A stretch of DNA of 63,761 nt, the filler included, from Octopus bimaculoides (lineage: Eukaryota): NCBI RefSeq assembly GCF_001194135.2. It is 6 parts of 5 records of this genome, joined end to end, with 100 filler letters (N's around TTAATTAATTAA, not from the genome) between each part and the next. Parts side by side here need not be neighbours in the genome. Positions count along the whole stretch, not along the records: positions 50,451 to 63,761 come from NC_068985.1; 5 more parts are not named here. One strand, 5' to 3'. The notes beneath the pieces are model-generated. The model worked only from the letters and a program-made list of their open reading frames with translations. It ran no database searches and was not told the DNA's origin. Made by a program: the position numbers and the translations under genes. Of the stretch, positions 51,461 to 63,761 are shown piece after piece; position 1 is the first letter of the stretch, and each line of letters begins with the position of its first letter.

Positions 51461-53629
51461 AAAAATAATAATGATTTTACGCTTCATATTATTAATGATC
51501 GTTTTTAATCATCGATTTGCTTACGGAGGTCGTTGTAATTATTCATCAAGTTTTGTGCATGCGATGACTAGTACTCTTCCGTGTTGCACTAATTGTAAAG
51601 ATTTCTTCGTATGTGATCACAATTTTCTGGAAGATTATACGAATTCTTCACCCAATGACCATTCACTATAACATAACATTTCCGTAAAATTTTACATATT
51701 TACTACAGCACAATAGACATGATTCATCTAATAAGAAATATGTTCAATTAACTTTTACTTGCAAACACAACTCTGTTATACAGCAATTCTTGTTTTATAT
51801 CATTCATGTTTTAGATAATTTTCCATTTTGACTTTACCACGTTTCTTTGCAAAATGAAATTTTCTTTGCTATATTTCTTGTAATGTGTCATATTTCTGGA
51901 CACATATTTCGAAAGCTCATTATTCAAACTGTGCTATTTCAGCTATACATCATGGTATACAACATGTGTTATTCTAAAGGGGAGTTATGAACTTCTGCTA
52001 TCCCAGGAAGACTACAAATAGATGTTAATGTTTGGCAGCCACATTGCAGACAACATACAGGTAACTTAAACGTACTGTAGTCTATTAGACGAGATTTTTA
52101 ACTCTTTAACTCTTTAATTTTATCATGAGAGTTGTAGTCATGATGGGGTATTGCCGTAGGTTTTGCTAAGATTTCACAATATCCCTTAGTATTTAAAGTT
52201 CGGTGAATGTCGGACGTGGATGCAGCTGCTCCGATCTGTATTATTTTTTGGTGGTATTAGGCTCATCCAGAACTATTGAAAGTAGGAGTTCCAGATTTGT
52301 TCTGAACACACTTAACTTCACCCCAGGTAGGTATTTTGGGCTTTTGTGGGGGATACTGAACAGGAGAGGTCCTCTGGGCGCAAGTTGTTACAGTATCGGG
52401 TTTTGTATTTAAATATAAATGCTACGAAGTTTTGAAGTTTGCAATAGCACTCCGTTTTGCTGTTTGCGTAACGTTTAATGCTGAAGTTCTTAAATATATG
52501 CGCACACAGCAATGTATACATATGTGTATATATGAAGGAACGTCTTTGCTTAGAATCACGTGTCTCTTATCAGATTCACAATGCGTTCTGCCTGGTTTTT
52601 GGTAGGTATAAAATAAAATCATTCGGAAGATAGATATTTATAAGAACCACACAATGCATACATACATACGTGCATACATGCATACGTATATATATATATA
52701 TATATATATATNNNNNNNNNNNNNNNNNNNNNNNNNNNNNNNNNNNNNNNNNNNNNNNNNNNNNNNNNNNNNNNNNNNNNNNNNNNNNNNNNNNNNNNNN
52801 NNNNNNNNNNNNNNNNNNNNNNNNNNNNNNNNNNNNNNNNNNNNNNNNNNNNNNNNNNNNNNNNNNNNNNNNNNNNNNNNNNNNNNNNNNNNNNNNNNNN
52901 NNNNNNNNNNNNNNNNNNNNNNNNNNNNNNNNNNNNNNNNNNNNNNNNNNNNNNNNNNNNNNNNNNNNNNNNNNNNNNNNNNNNNNNNNNNNNNNNNNNN
53001 NNNNNNNNNNNNNNNNNNNNNNNNNNNNNNNNNNNNNNNNNNNNNNNNNNNNNNNNNNNNNNNNNNNNNNNNNNNNNNNNNNNNNNNNNNNNNNNNNNNN
53101 NNNNNNNNNNNNNNNNNNNNNNNNNNNNNNNNNNNNNNNNNNNNNNNNNNNNNNNNNNNNNNNNNNNNNNNNNNNNNNNNNNTTTTTTTTTGCGTGCATG
53201 TGTAAAAATATACGTACGCATGTAATGTATTTATATAAGTATAGAACTTACATATTCAGATTTATTTCTAAGTCTGTATATTTTATTGGAATTCCTTTCT
53301 ATTCCTCTTGCTTTTTTTTTTCTTCATCTGACAGCCTTACATATATTTCTGCCTTGTGTACCAGCTTTTGTTGCTTTTACTTTCTGTATGCTCTGTATGC
53401 TTAATGTAATGTTATATTTTATGTGTAGGTTTTATTTTCATGAAGTAGAGCAGGGTAGGCGTAAGCAATGTGCTATTTGTACAAACATTCTCATTTCGTA
53501 CACTTTATATATATAACTAATATATATATATATAATTTTCAGTCTACATGGTTGCTGCTGGAGCAGCATGGTGCATGAGAGAGATTCATTTTGTTGCCAT
53601 CACTTCAATATCATTATATTCTTTCATTC

Positions 53630-53800
53630 TTTCATTCGTTTTAGTCAAGTTAATGCGGCCATGCTGGACCACCGCCTTGACTGACATTAGGAGAACAAAT
53701 CGACCCCTGGAATTGTTTTGTAAGCCTAGCATTTTTTGTATTAGTCTCTTTTGCCGAAGTGCTAATTTACGTGGATGTAAGCACTCCAACATATGTGGAT
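53630..53800 (-). mobile_element. Family A SINE 3' half
   Basis: GCGGCCATGCTGGACCACCGCC...AAATCGACCCCTGG...GTAAGCCTAGC...TCTCTTTTGCCGAAG. Confidence 0.8.
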
Positions 53801-54304
53801 ATATCAGGTTATTTACAATATGATATCGTAAATTCAATGTGTCTAATATTTTTGCTAGGTAAAGAGTCATATTTATATAACTACATTGTCTCTTATGTAG
53901 AAAAAAAATCCAATGAATAAAAGACGACTAATGCAAAACTGTTATGAAGATAAGAGATTGAAAAAGAAGCAATTCGGTATTATTTATTAACTATTACATA
54001 TGTTTCAATTTGTAAAAGTAGTTTCAAAATTATACATCTAGGAGAAGCATGAGATATATCCATGTAGAAATTATTCAGTGAGAGAATCAAATCAAATAAA
54101 ACGGTGAATAAATAATGCCAAAATAAAATCATAATCTTCTATTACCGTATTCAATTACACTGTAAAAAAATTATTTTCCACTATGTTTGAAAAATTATGC
54201 ATATCTCACGAAAATATAACATCTGCATAGAACTTTGCTTCATTGGATTAAGCAGATTAGCTTCAAGAGGCCACACCTTATATTATATATATATTTTTGT
54301 AAAT

Positions 54305-55140
54305 TTATGTATTCTTTTATTATTTCTTTTATTCTTTTATATGTTTCAGTCCAATGACTGTGTCCATGCTGGAGCTCCGCCATTGTGATCAGCTTTCCAC
54401 TCTCCACCTCTGACGGAGCGGCTTTTGGTGAAGGATGGAGCTCGATGCCACTGCTCTCTTTTGAGTTTCCTGCCTAGGTATTGGCTCACCCTGGATTTCA
54501 GTGAGCTAGAGGTCAAGTTCACGTTTGAAAACGTCTACATCCACTCCATTAGGGCTCCTCAGATGTTTCGGTAGACAGTTAAACAGCTGTGGGCCCTTGA
54601 AACCCAAGCTATTGCAGTACATCGTCCTTGCCTGAGATGAAGGAGTCGGCACAGTGGAGACAGCAGAGTGACGTCCTGTTTGTGTTCTTGTATAGCTCTT
54701 TATTCTAAACTTTGTACCATTCCTTCCAGTATGTTCCATATCATTGCATACCTCTCCCGCCTTCGTTCCAGGGAATAGAGTCGTAGCTCTTTCAATCTGT
54801 CCCAGTGGCTCAGTCGTTCCATTGATGCAATTTTCTTTATGTAAATTCGTTGGCCTGCTTCAAGCTCTTATATCGTCCTTGTACTATAAGGTGACCATAG
54901 CTGAGAGTAGTAGTCTAGTCGGCTGACGATAAATGACTTCCATAGAGTCATCATAGTTTCTTGGTCCCTTGTCCTGAAGGTTCTCAGAATCCAACCGGCC
55001 AGTCTTCTGGATATTGCTACAATTTTGTTGATATGTGTGTGAAATGAGGCATTGTTGCTCATTTTTATTCCAAGATCACGCACCGTACTTGATTCTGAGA
55101 TCGTTGCTCCACTTGGTCCAATGTACTGAATTTAAGGTTG
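54305..55140 (-). mobile_element. CR1/L2-group LINE, 5'-truncated: RT C-terminus, 3' stem-loop tail and (TAAAAGAA)-like repeats
   Basis: Frameshifted ORFs RDLGIKMSNNASFHTHINKIV...RRLAGWILRTFRTRD...LWKSFIVSRLDYYSQLWSPY and FKGPQLFNCLPKHLR...VFKRELDL are typical CR1-group C-terminal motifs. Confidence 0.85.
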
Positions 55141-55299
55141 CCTCTTCGTTTCATAATTTATAAAGAATTCCTCTTATACACGAATTACTGTTTCACAAAC
55201 CACATTTCTAAAATGATATGTTGCTCAAAAGTTCGTTATGCTGTTGAATGTTGTGTGCTTGTCTCATGTGCAACAGAATACTTGTCATGAATATAGTTA

Positions 55300-56300
55300 T
55301 ACATAGAGTGCGGTGAATGAGCTGTCGTTTAAATTATGCAAACATCAAAATAAAACTGACATATCGTTTTGACAGACATATTTACCAAAATTACATAACT
55401 ACATCTTGACATACTAAAGACAAAATTCATTCAATAAAATCGGCATTGTCTTCAACCACAGCTTCGGAATCTCCTGCAACTCGTCTGGACGGTCCTTTTT
55501 ATTTATGTTGGTGAATACTGTCATAATCCTTGCCTTCAGTCCATGCGTCGTGTAACAAGGACTCTGTTAGTCTCTCGCTCAGCTGCTGCCCCACACGTAA
55601 AGATCAAACAGGATTGCGGTCTGGGGAGCTTCGTGGCAAGACGTTAGAAATGATGTGTTCGCAGAAATTCTCTGACAGTCATGACTGGGTTCCCTTAGAT
55701 TTGTGTCAGGGTTCAGAGTCCTGTTACCAGACATAAGGTCTACCGACAGCCAACATGTTGATCCAGGGCAACACTATCTCCTCCAGGTACTTGATGTCGG
55801 CCTCCGCTTTGCGTCTGAAGCCGTGTGAGAATACGAATGGAGTCATGACGTTGAGCTCACTAGTGATCACTCCAAACACCATGATGTTGAAAGGATGTTT
55901 CATTTTTATAACTCTCAGTAGATGCCCAGAAATTGCACTGTCCTCAGATCTACTCCCAACAACTCTGAACTGTTCGTATTGGAGAACCAGTGCGAATGTC
56001 ATGCAGTGCAGCATGTCGTTTCCAAGTGTCTGACAGACTGAATTGAATCATGTTGATGCTTTTCTCACAGTCATTGCCGAACTGGCCCTAATATACTATG
56101 TAGTTGACAAAATTAAAGACAAACAAAGCGTATACGCAAAATGAAGACAGAAAGAAATATTTTATATTTTCCCTTCCATACAAAAATCTGTTCGTCAAAG
56201 TTAATGTTCAGAATCTGATGTCTTTTTTTTTCTGGAGTATTTTGTTTCAACTCGTCAGAAAAACACATTTGTCAGTTTTCTCTCTAAGCCAGCTGCCTGG
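55300..56300 (-). mobile_element. Decayed Tc1/mariner-superfamily transposon, DD37D (maT) type
   Basis: ORF 55724-56014 KHPFNIMVFGVITSE...VLPWI...GRPYVW continues *QDSEP*HK...SPDRNPV[+1 nt]D. There are 37 residues between the second and third catalytic Asp, with stops and a frameshift. Confidence 0.85.
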
Positions 56301-59300
56301 TGTATTCCAACAATTATTATTTCTGGTTACTCTGATAATATTTTATTTTCTCCAGATGCATTATATTCCACCTTCTCCACCACTCTTACGCTCCCAATAA
56401 TGTTAAATACACTTGGTTTTTATTATATATATTTGTACGATGTTTAATGTATTATAAACTAGACATATACTTCGTGTAAGTGTTTCATTAATATATTCGT
56501 TATATATTCTATCTACTTTTTAATGTCAATATATTATTAAGTATATTTTCTTTAGAAGATATAATTAAATATTTCATAAGCCATAAGTATGTTAAATGTA
56601 AGTGGAATGACATGCAATCCTTGAAACTTTCTGAGATTTATCGATAATTTGAGGAGTTACCACAGCTTAATAAGCACCAAAATAAAAGAAAGAAGGACAA
56701 ATAAAATTACTTTTGGTTTACTGTATTTCGGTTGATTACTTCAATAACATTAGTGTTAACGATTTCATTTGTGTTATGATATTTGCAATGAAATATGTAA
56801 CGACGACCTGACGTGCTCAATATATAGGCGGAATAATTCATGTTAGCTATATTTTGTCCCACTCGCAATATTGCTAGAGAAAATCCCATAATTTTTTCGA
56901 ATGTTCATTGAGATACTGTGGTACAATCGTTTCACGTGGATGTCAATTGTTGTGTAGTATTTGAAGGTGTTGCTTGTTTAAAAATGAGTTGGTTAATTTT
57001 GAACACAGACATTAAGTGTAGAAAACTAAAAATAAGACGTAGGTGGTATTGAGCCCATTTGTTGCTATGTTCCATCAGAACAATTTGTATTCCAAAAAAG
57101 TTATCCAACACATTTCCTCGCACACAATAAATGCAAACAAAATAATGCATTCATCTCAAGATCTTTTCAGATATGTTAAAACAATCTTGAAAATATTTCG
57201 TATTCGAAATGACATTCTGCAAATNNNNNNNNNNCCCCCTTTTTTTTTTTTTCGAAGCCAGCCATCTTTATATTCCAGTACTGCATTTTGATTTCCTACT
57301 TCAAATTAAGACTTTATTTGGTCGAGCAACGATATAAACTCCGTGCGTCATTTACGATGCATTTACATTTACTTGAAAGCGACTATGGTTCGTAATGAAG
57401 CATGAAGATATACTCCGTTAGCAGAATTTTCAAATGCATGGCGAAAAGAGCTGTTGATGGCATATGCGACGCAGATTTCATCTAAAATGTCTTAAAAAAT
57501 TCCCATATCCCAGAGTTGCATATGATACATAGAGCTAATATTACATGTTTAGTGCAATACATGCTTCCTGAAAATGCGTTCATTATTTCGGATGTGTCGG
57601 AGGCACTGTGCTTCTCTTTGCCAGCAAATAGTTTAAATGATTCGGTATACCTGCGCGAATAAGACTTGGGTGGTTTTTAATTAAACCACTAAAACATAAA
57701 TCTTGATTCACACGAAAATCTAATGTCTTTTCTAACAATTAGAATAATGTTCATACATATATGGAATACTAAAATTATATGACGGTAACATACACATTTA
57801 AAACATCATTCGAATACATTTATGATATCCAGAATTCAGCTGCAACTTCTAACTTTACAAATCAATGTATTTTTATTTGACTTATATGTATTCAATGATA
57901 TTATGTGCGACTCTCACAGACGATGTGTTAATATTATGATCTTACCATCGCAATCACTTAAACGTGTTTGTATTACAAATATAATGAATGCCAGTAAACC
58001 GAACAGTAATTGTACCTGTGTATTAAAATAAGTGATCAAATTCTAACTTATAAATCAATGTAAAAGCCTAAAATGGCATTATTGTAATTTTGTATTATTT
58101 ATGAGTATTCTACTGCATGTTTTGTGCGGAGAAGTTGGTGAATGAATAACTGAACAAGTATNNNNNNNNNNNNNNNNNNNNNNNNNNNNNNNNNNNNNNN
58201 NNNNNNNNNNNNNNNNNNNNNNNNNNNNNNNNNNNNNNNNNNNNNNNNNNNNNNNNNNNNNNNNNNNNNNNNNNNNNNNNNNNNNNNNNNNNNNNNNNNN
58301 NNNNNNNNNNNNNNNNNNNNNNNNNNNNNNNNNNNNNNNNNNNNNNNNNNNNNNNNNNNNNNNNNNNNNNNNNNNNNNNNNNNNNNNNNNNNNNNNNNNN
58401 NNNNNNNNNNNNNNNNNNNNNNNNNNNNNNNNNNNNNNNNNNNNNNNNNNNNNNNNNNNNNNNNNNNNNNNNNNNNNNNNNNNNNNNNNNNNNNNNNNNN
58501 NNNNNNNNNNNNNNNNNNNNNNNNNNNNNNNNNNNNNNNNNNNNNNNNNNNNNNNNNNNNNNNNNNNNNNNNNNNNNNTATATGCCTGAACACTTGAACA
58601 TCATTCACGTATATTTGTATAGCATGAAGGATTATTGAATGACCTGGAATGGAATCTAACATTCAGTCAGAGGAAAAATATTTTAGAAATCTCTACACCC
58701 GCATTGATGTAATCCAAGAATAAAATAGGCTTACAAATGATGAAATATGTACATATATCAGAATATACGATACACAAGTGAATACTTGCATATATATCCT
58801 CTTTAAAGCTTTATCAAATATGCTTATTATCATTTCATAATATTTGTTAAATCTAAATAGTTCAGATTCTCAAACGGACTGGTGTATAAAGATGTTTTCA
58901 AAAATTATTTCTTGTAATTTTATGAAAATTGTTACATTCTGTTAAAGATGATTTCGATATCTTATGTTAATAAATTCATTATTATATTCAATTAAGTGTT
59001 CGTAATTGCCCAGGAAGAAAAAAATATATTGACATCGTAAGAATAAACTACTTAACCTGTGATAATTACATATGATTCCATTTAATTAAAACAGCAAACA
59101 AAAAAAATCTGTATGAAACACTATTACGTCTACTTCTAAATATTGATAGTAATTATGCGCTTAATTGATTTGATAATTTTATATACTTTACTGAATGATG
59201 AATAAAAGAGGGAGAGTTTTTACTTCATGTTAATGCAACTTTTAGTTGAAGTTAAATATTTCGAAGGAGACCAGATTTATCTGGTTATGTTTAAAGCTAA

Positions 59301-59327
59301 TTAATAGATAATATGTTTTGTTCACAG

Positions 59328-59404
59328 TAGTCAATGCATCAGTTTTGTTATGTTGGGGATGGAAAGAAAAGCGGGTTGCTAAACAATGGCTTGCTGCGGA
59401 AAAT
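59328..59404 (+). CDS. Candidate internal exon of an unknown gene
   Basis: ATATGTTTTGTTCACAG | 77 nt | GTAAAT; open as (x)VNASVLLCWGWKEKRVAKQWLAAEN. Confidence 0.33.
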
Positions 59405-62400
59405 GTAAATTATAACTGATCATTTAGAGTACTATTAAGAAGATTGGCGTAATTATAATTGTTTGAAATCCGCGCAAGGAATAACTAATATCTAAATCTT
59501 ATTGTGTTACAACTTTTTTTAAATATCAAAATGAAACGTGTGCAATTATCAAGCGAAAATAGGGGACTTTATAAACTTTGGACACTGATTTTGCTTGTAA
59601 TATTCCGCTCAATTTACTGTTTCCAGATATGTGACTTTGTCTGACGTATCTTTCCGGTTACTGTCAAAATGAAACATATATGACGATATCATTTTTTTTT
59701 TTATACAGATGTACATACTCTTTCATTTCATTCCATTTCTGACTGTACAATAACACAGTACTTCTTCCACGTCCTCGCGTTGTTGTTTTTTCTTGTTTGG
59801 ATTGACTATATATATATATGTGTGTGTATGTATGTGCGTGTGTGTGCGTGTGTGCGTGCGTGTGTGTGTGTGTATGTGTGTGTGTGTGTGTACAACAGAT
59901 GAGATCAAATAGTTCGAACTTAAACTGCAATTTCTTTACAAGCAATGCATTCCAGGAATTAAAAAACAGCTATAAGAGATGAGCAAATATGAACGGAATT
60001 GTTCGGATAAACAAATTAGTTATATGCAATATAAGTGCTTGCATATGAAATACAAAATTTGAATATACGTATACATGTAGAATGAGAGAATACAAAGAAT
60101 GGTGACTTTTAGACGATGAATATTTGAGCATAAATATATAGATATTTGTATTAATAGGCCAGTCTTACGTAAAGTTTTTAAAAAAACAGAGGAAAATGAA
60201 GTAAAGTGTTAAAATATCGAATTCATAACAAAAGTACATGACAGAAAATTGAAAGTATAGTAGTTTCAAAAGCAGTGATATATTTTAGATGTGGAAATAG
60301 ATGTGATGGAAATTTCAAGAATTCGAAAAAAATGTGATTTACAAGATCTGACAATGAAAGAGAAGCTCAAGCCGATATTGCTTTGTCTACAGAAGATTTG
60401 AGATATAATTTCATGTTCTGATTAGCTACATTTTCAATCTTCGAACTTATTAGGTAGTAGTGAAGCCTTCTGGACGGTAGAGTCTCAGAAGACGTCATGT
60501 TTCCCAAATGTTTTGGTTATTTGTTCTTGTCCCAAAATATTCTGACTCAGTACTTAGTGGATAGATGTATGCATATATANNNNNNNNNNNNNNNNNNNNN
60601 NNNGATAAGATCGATATTTAGGATATTGATTTTATCAAGTGGCCAGCATGGGAATAAAACCTTCAAAGGTAACAATTATTTAAAATTATAATACAGGGTA
60701 TCTAAGAGATACCGCCACGCTGAAAAATAGCAGTCAAATCTTGACTCTAAACCACAATAAATGTTCATATAGCACAAAAGAGCGAAGACGAAGACAAAAT
60801 GATTAACGTTAAATTTTACTGAACACTCATTTGTTGTTCACGACAGGATAATCCATCATACACACACAGCCACATATGCACATCCCCCTACACACACATA
60901 CATATACATGGGTGGCTGTGTGGTGCTTCCAGCCACATGATTTTAGTTTCAATTTTAATGCATTGCACCTAGGCCAGTTATTTACTACTACGGCCCCTGG
61001 TCGACCTGAGTCTGTTTGGTCAGTAGATTCAGAAGAAACTGAAAGAAACCCGTTGGCTATGAATGTAAGTGAATGTGTGTAATTAATTTAAGAGAGGCTG
61101 GAATTTTTGAACATTAACAACGTTCCAAAGCTTATTCACAATATTCAACTACAAGTAAAACACACTAACGCTAATTTTTATCTGATTTTCGCGTGTTTTT
61201 TTTTTACCAACACTTTATTACAACCATTATATTGCGAGTGGCATAAACGGCACCGGTATTGAAATAACATAATATACGTAATAGTACAATATTTCATACA
61301 TACTTCATCCTTTGAAAGAATAGTTGTAATATGTTACACAATTTGTTCATGCAATTTTTATTTCTTTTAAGTAGATATAAGACGGAAAATATTTGGGAAT
61401 CACAAATCAGTGGTGGACTGGCCAGGCTGCTAACTTGGCAAGTGGGCCCCTGCGCCACACAGAAGCCATATCCTCTTATTCATCCTCTTTCTCTTTCTCA
61501 TTTTCCTATTGTGTACGTACCTTCCCATTATTCATTGCCTTCTGACAAGATTAATGTGAGATTTAAAAATAGTAATGGTCTAAATTGTGTTACTGTTTCT
61601 ACGTTCCGTAATTTAGTAGTTGTGTAAAACACCCCCAATAGAATAAGTACGATGCTTGGAATAATTTTATACTGGGAATGATTCGTTGGGCTTAGAAATT
61701 CTTGAAGGCGGTGCTGAAACATGGCCGCATTTTAAACAAGTTGTAGATAATAGACAGAGACGAATTTGAAAATTACTATTTCTAAATCTCACGGTAGATA
61801 TTCAGCAACAGTAGTTTGTAATAAATATTATTTGCCAACATAACATGGTAGTCCTGGTTTGGGACGAATATTGCTGAAATTTAGCTCCAAGAGACATGAT
61901 CTCCAGCTGGCTATACAAAGGAATGTGTACCCAAGTTTGGAACTTTCAAAATTTCAAAATGTTAAGTAAATACACATGAATTCCTTATTCTTCAAATATA
62001 GCCAACTACGTGTGTTCTTTTATTTTACATCTAGATTGCAAACTGCAGTTGTAAATTTTCCGAAAGTAAAAATAATTTGTATGATGACACTATAAATTAA
62101 TCATCGATATTCCTTTAAATTCTACTTGAAAATCTGCCACATTATGTTTCCGAAGAAATATGAAATAATTATATACCTGGATAAGGTAAAATAACATATC
62201 GTATATTTTGTAAAAGCCTATAATTTGATACAGTATTATCAAATAGAAAATGGTTGAAATAATGACGGTTCTGAGAAAAATTGAAAGTTTTGGAAAGTGT
62301 ATATCAACGTTTCAAAAAATGTCTATTGGTGTATCCATTTTAGTTTGACATTCAGTTAAGTTTGAAAGGCATTTAAAAAATTACCTACAAAAATAGACAA

Positions 62401-63084
62401 ACTTAAGTGTAAGGAACTTTATATAACGACAAGAATTACGATAATCATTTGAGTGTTATATTTTAAAATGGCAGCGCGAATGAATATGTTAGTCAGAGTG
62501 AAAAATTATATAACTTTACGTTATATAAGTAATAAATAGATTGATATCAAATTACGATGAAGAAATACTGAAGAAACAATCATCACAAATTCTACTTTTT
62601 CATTATTTAGTCTTGACATTACTTTCTGTGCATTTATTTAAGAAATTGTACTTCAAGTTATTGTCGATACATTATCTCACCGGCATGATTCTCCACTATA
62701 CCACAAAAATGTATCTCTATTGTCTGTATTTAATAATGATGGATACAAATGTTAACGGGTTGTTTGGTTGATTATCCAGTCACGCTTCATATTCTAATGT
62801 GAAAAAGGAAAACGGACACGAAGGTAGAACTCATAATACACATCCATTTAATAAGTTTTATACAGATTAATTTTCGCCGGACTAGATTGCAGTTATGTTG
62901 GTAAATTTTTGAAAAGGTATAATAAATATTTATTGCACAATGGAAAAATTTGCTTCATTTAATTTATTTTAATGTAATAATTATTTTTGCTCAAAAAATC
63001 AGTTTGCATATCGTCATTTTGTATGGCAATCAAGAAATTGGATAAAAGACTATAATTATTGAATGTATGCTAATTTTTTCATAG

Positions 63085-63228
63085 TTCCCATGGAAGAATT
63101 TTCCGAAGTCTCCCCTCAAATGACGGTTAACACTCGAAATGCATTAATGATACACAACATGACGCTTGCGTTCAAACTTTCAACAACAAAACTAAAGATT
63201 ATAAGAAACAAAGAATTCCATTGGAGCA
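63085..63228 (+). CDS. Candidate phase 1-1 internal exon, possibly M12B prodomain-like
   Basis: Branch-point-like GCTAAT plus TTTTTTCATAG acceptor, donor GTGAGA; (V)PMEEFSEVSPQMTVNTRNALMIHNMTLAFKLSTTKLKIIRNKEFHWS. The prodomain resemblance is impressionistic. Confidence 0.4.
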
Positions 63229-63761
63229 GTGAGACAAGCCCTTGTCGCATTTTAGCACTTGCAGCAGTTAAGAAGGAAAAATGTTATTTATCGCAATAAA
63301 GCTTACTTAAATACGACGATTTACTAAGTTGTAACCAATACATTCGTAACAAGCATATTCAAATTTGGGACTTGAGCACTTCCTGTAAAATATATTTCAT
63401 CCTCCAAAAGATCTGAAGCCATACATACATACATACATGCATACATGCATACACACATATATACATACATACATACATGCATACCTACGTGCATATTCTC
63501 TACAACGCCGCCTTGTGCGATACATTATTTGCACCATGTAGAAAATATGATCAAAATGATATTGGTATTATATTTACAATTCACCCAACACTAGGACACC
63601 GTGCAGGACATCCTCTAAAAAGATCGAGATCACATCACATAAGAAAATTGCGTTGCAATTTTTTCACTGCAAATGGTCCTGCAATTTTCAGGTTCTGCTA
63701 GCTAGGAAACATATATAACCGTGATTTTTCACAATTCCATTCCCTGAATAAAGGATATATA

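Noticed and set aside
60289-60410. CGNRCDGNFKNSKK, TSP1-like peptide after an acceptor
   Set aside because: A 7-A run puts a stop in that frame before the remaining cysteines, and no donor was found.
62541-62771. 76-aa hydrophobic ORF
   Set aside because: TTG start, AT-rich low-complexity codons, no recognisable motif.

Overview
AT-rich, microsatellite- and retroposon-saturated animal genomic DNA. The SINE/LINE families and repeat landscape look like an octopus (cephalopod) draft assembly; this is from recollection, not a database search. Most long ORFs in the track are artefacts of N gaps or simple repeats. Five artificial 100-bp spacers (44 N + TTAATTAATTAA + 44 N) split the window into six segments whose true adjacency is unproven. 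One well-supported host exon is present: 12099-12283 (minus), the start of a reprolysin/M12B (ADAM/ADAMTS-like) metalloprotease catalytic domain. There are also several weaker exon and microexon candidates and a CpG/motif-rich promoter-like patch near 18 kb. Mobile elements are RTE LINE fragments, CR1/L2-type LINE 3' ends, Penelope-like (PLE) fragments, three tRNA-derived SINE families, an LTR with a tRNA-Trp PBS, a decayed DD37D (maT) transposon and a 600-bp MULE-like MITE. The most interesting signals are RNA-level: a set of minimal hammerhead-ribozyme motifs with a non-canonical core (CCGANGA), and a SINE/LINE-shared 3' stem-loop with compensatory changes. No complete, clearly novel protein-coding system could be supported.
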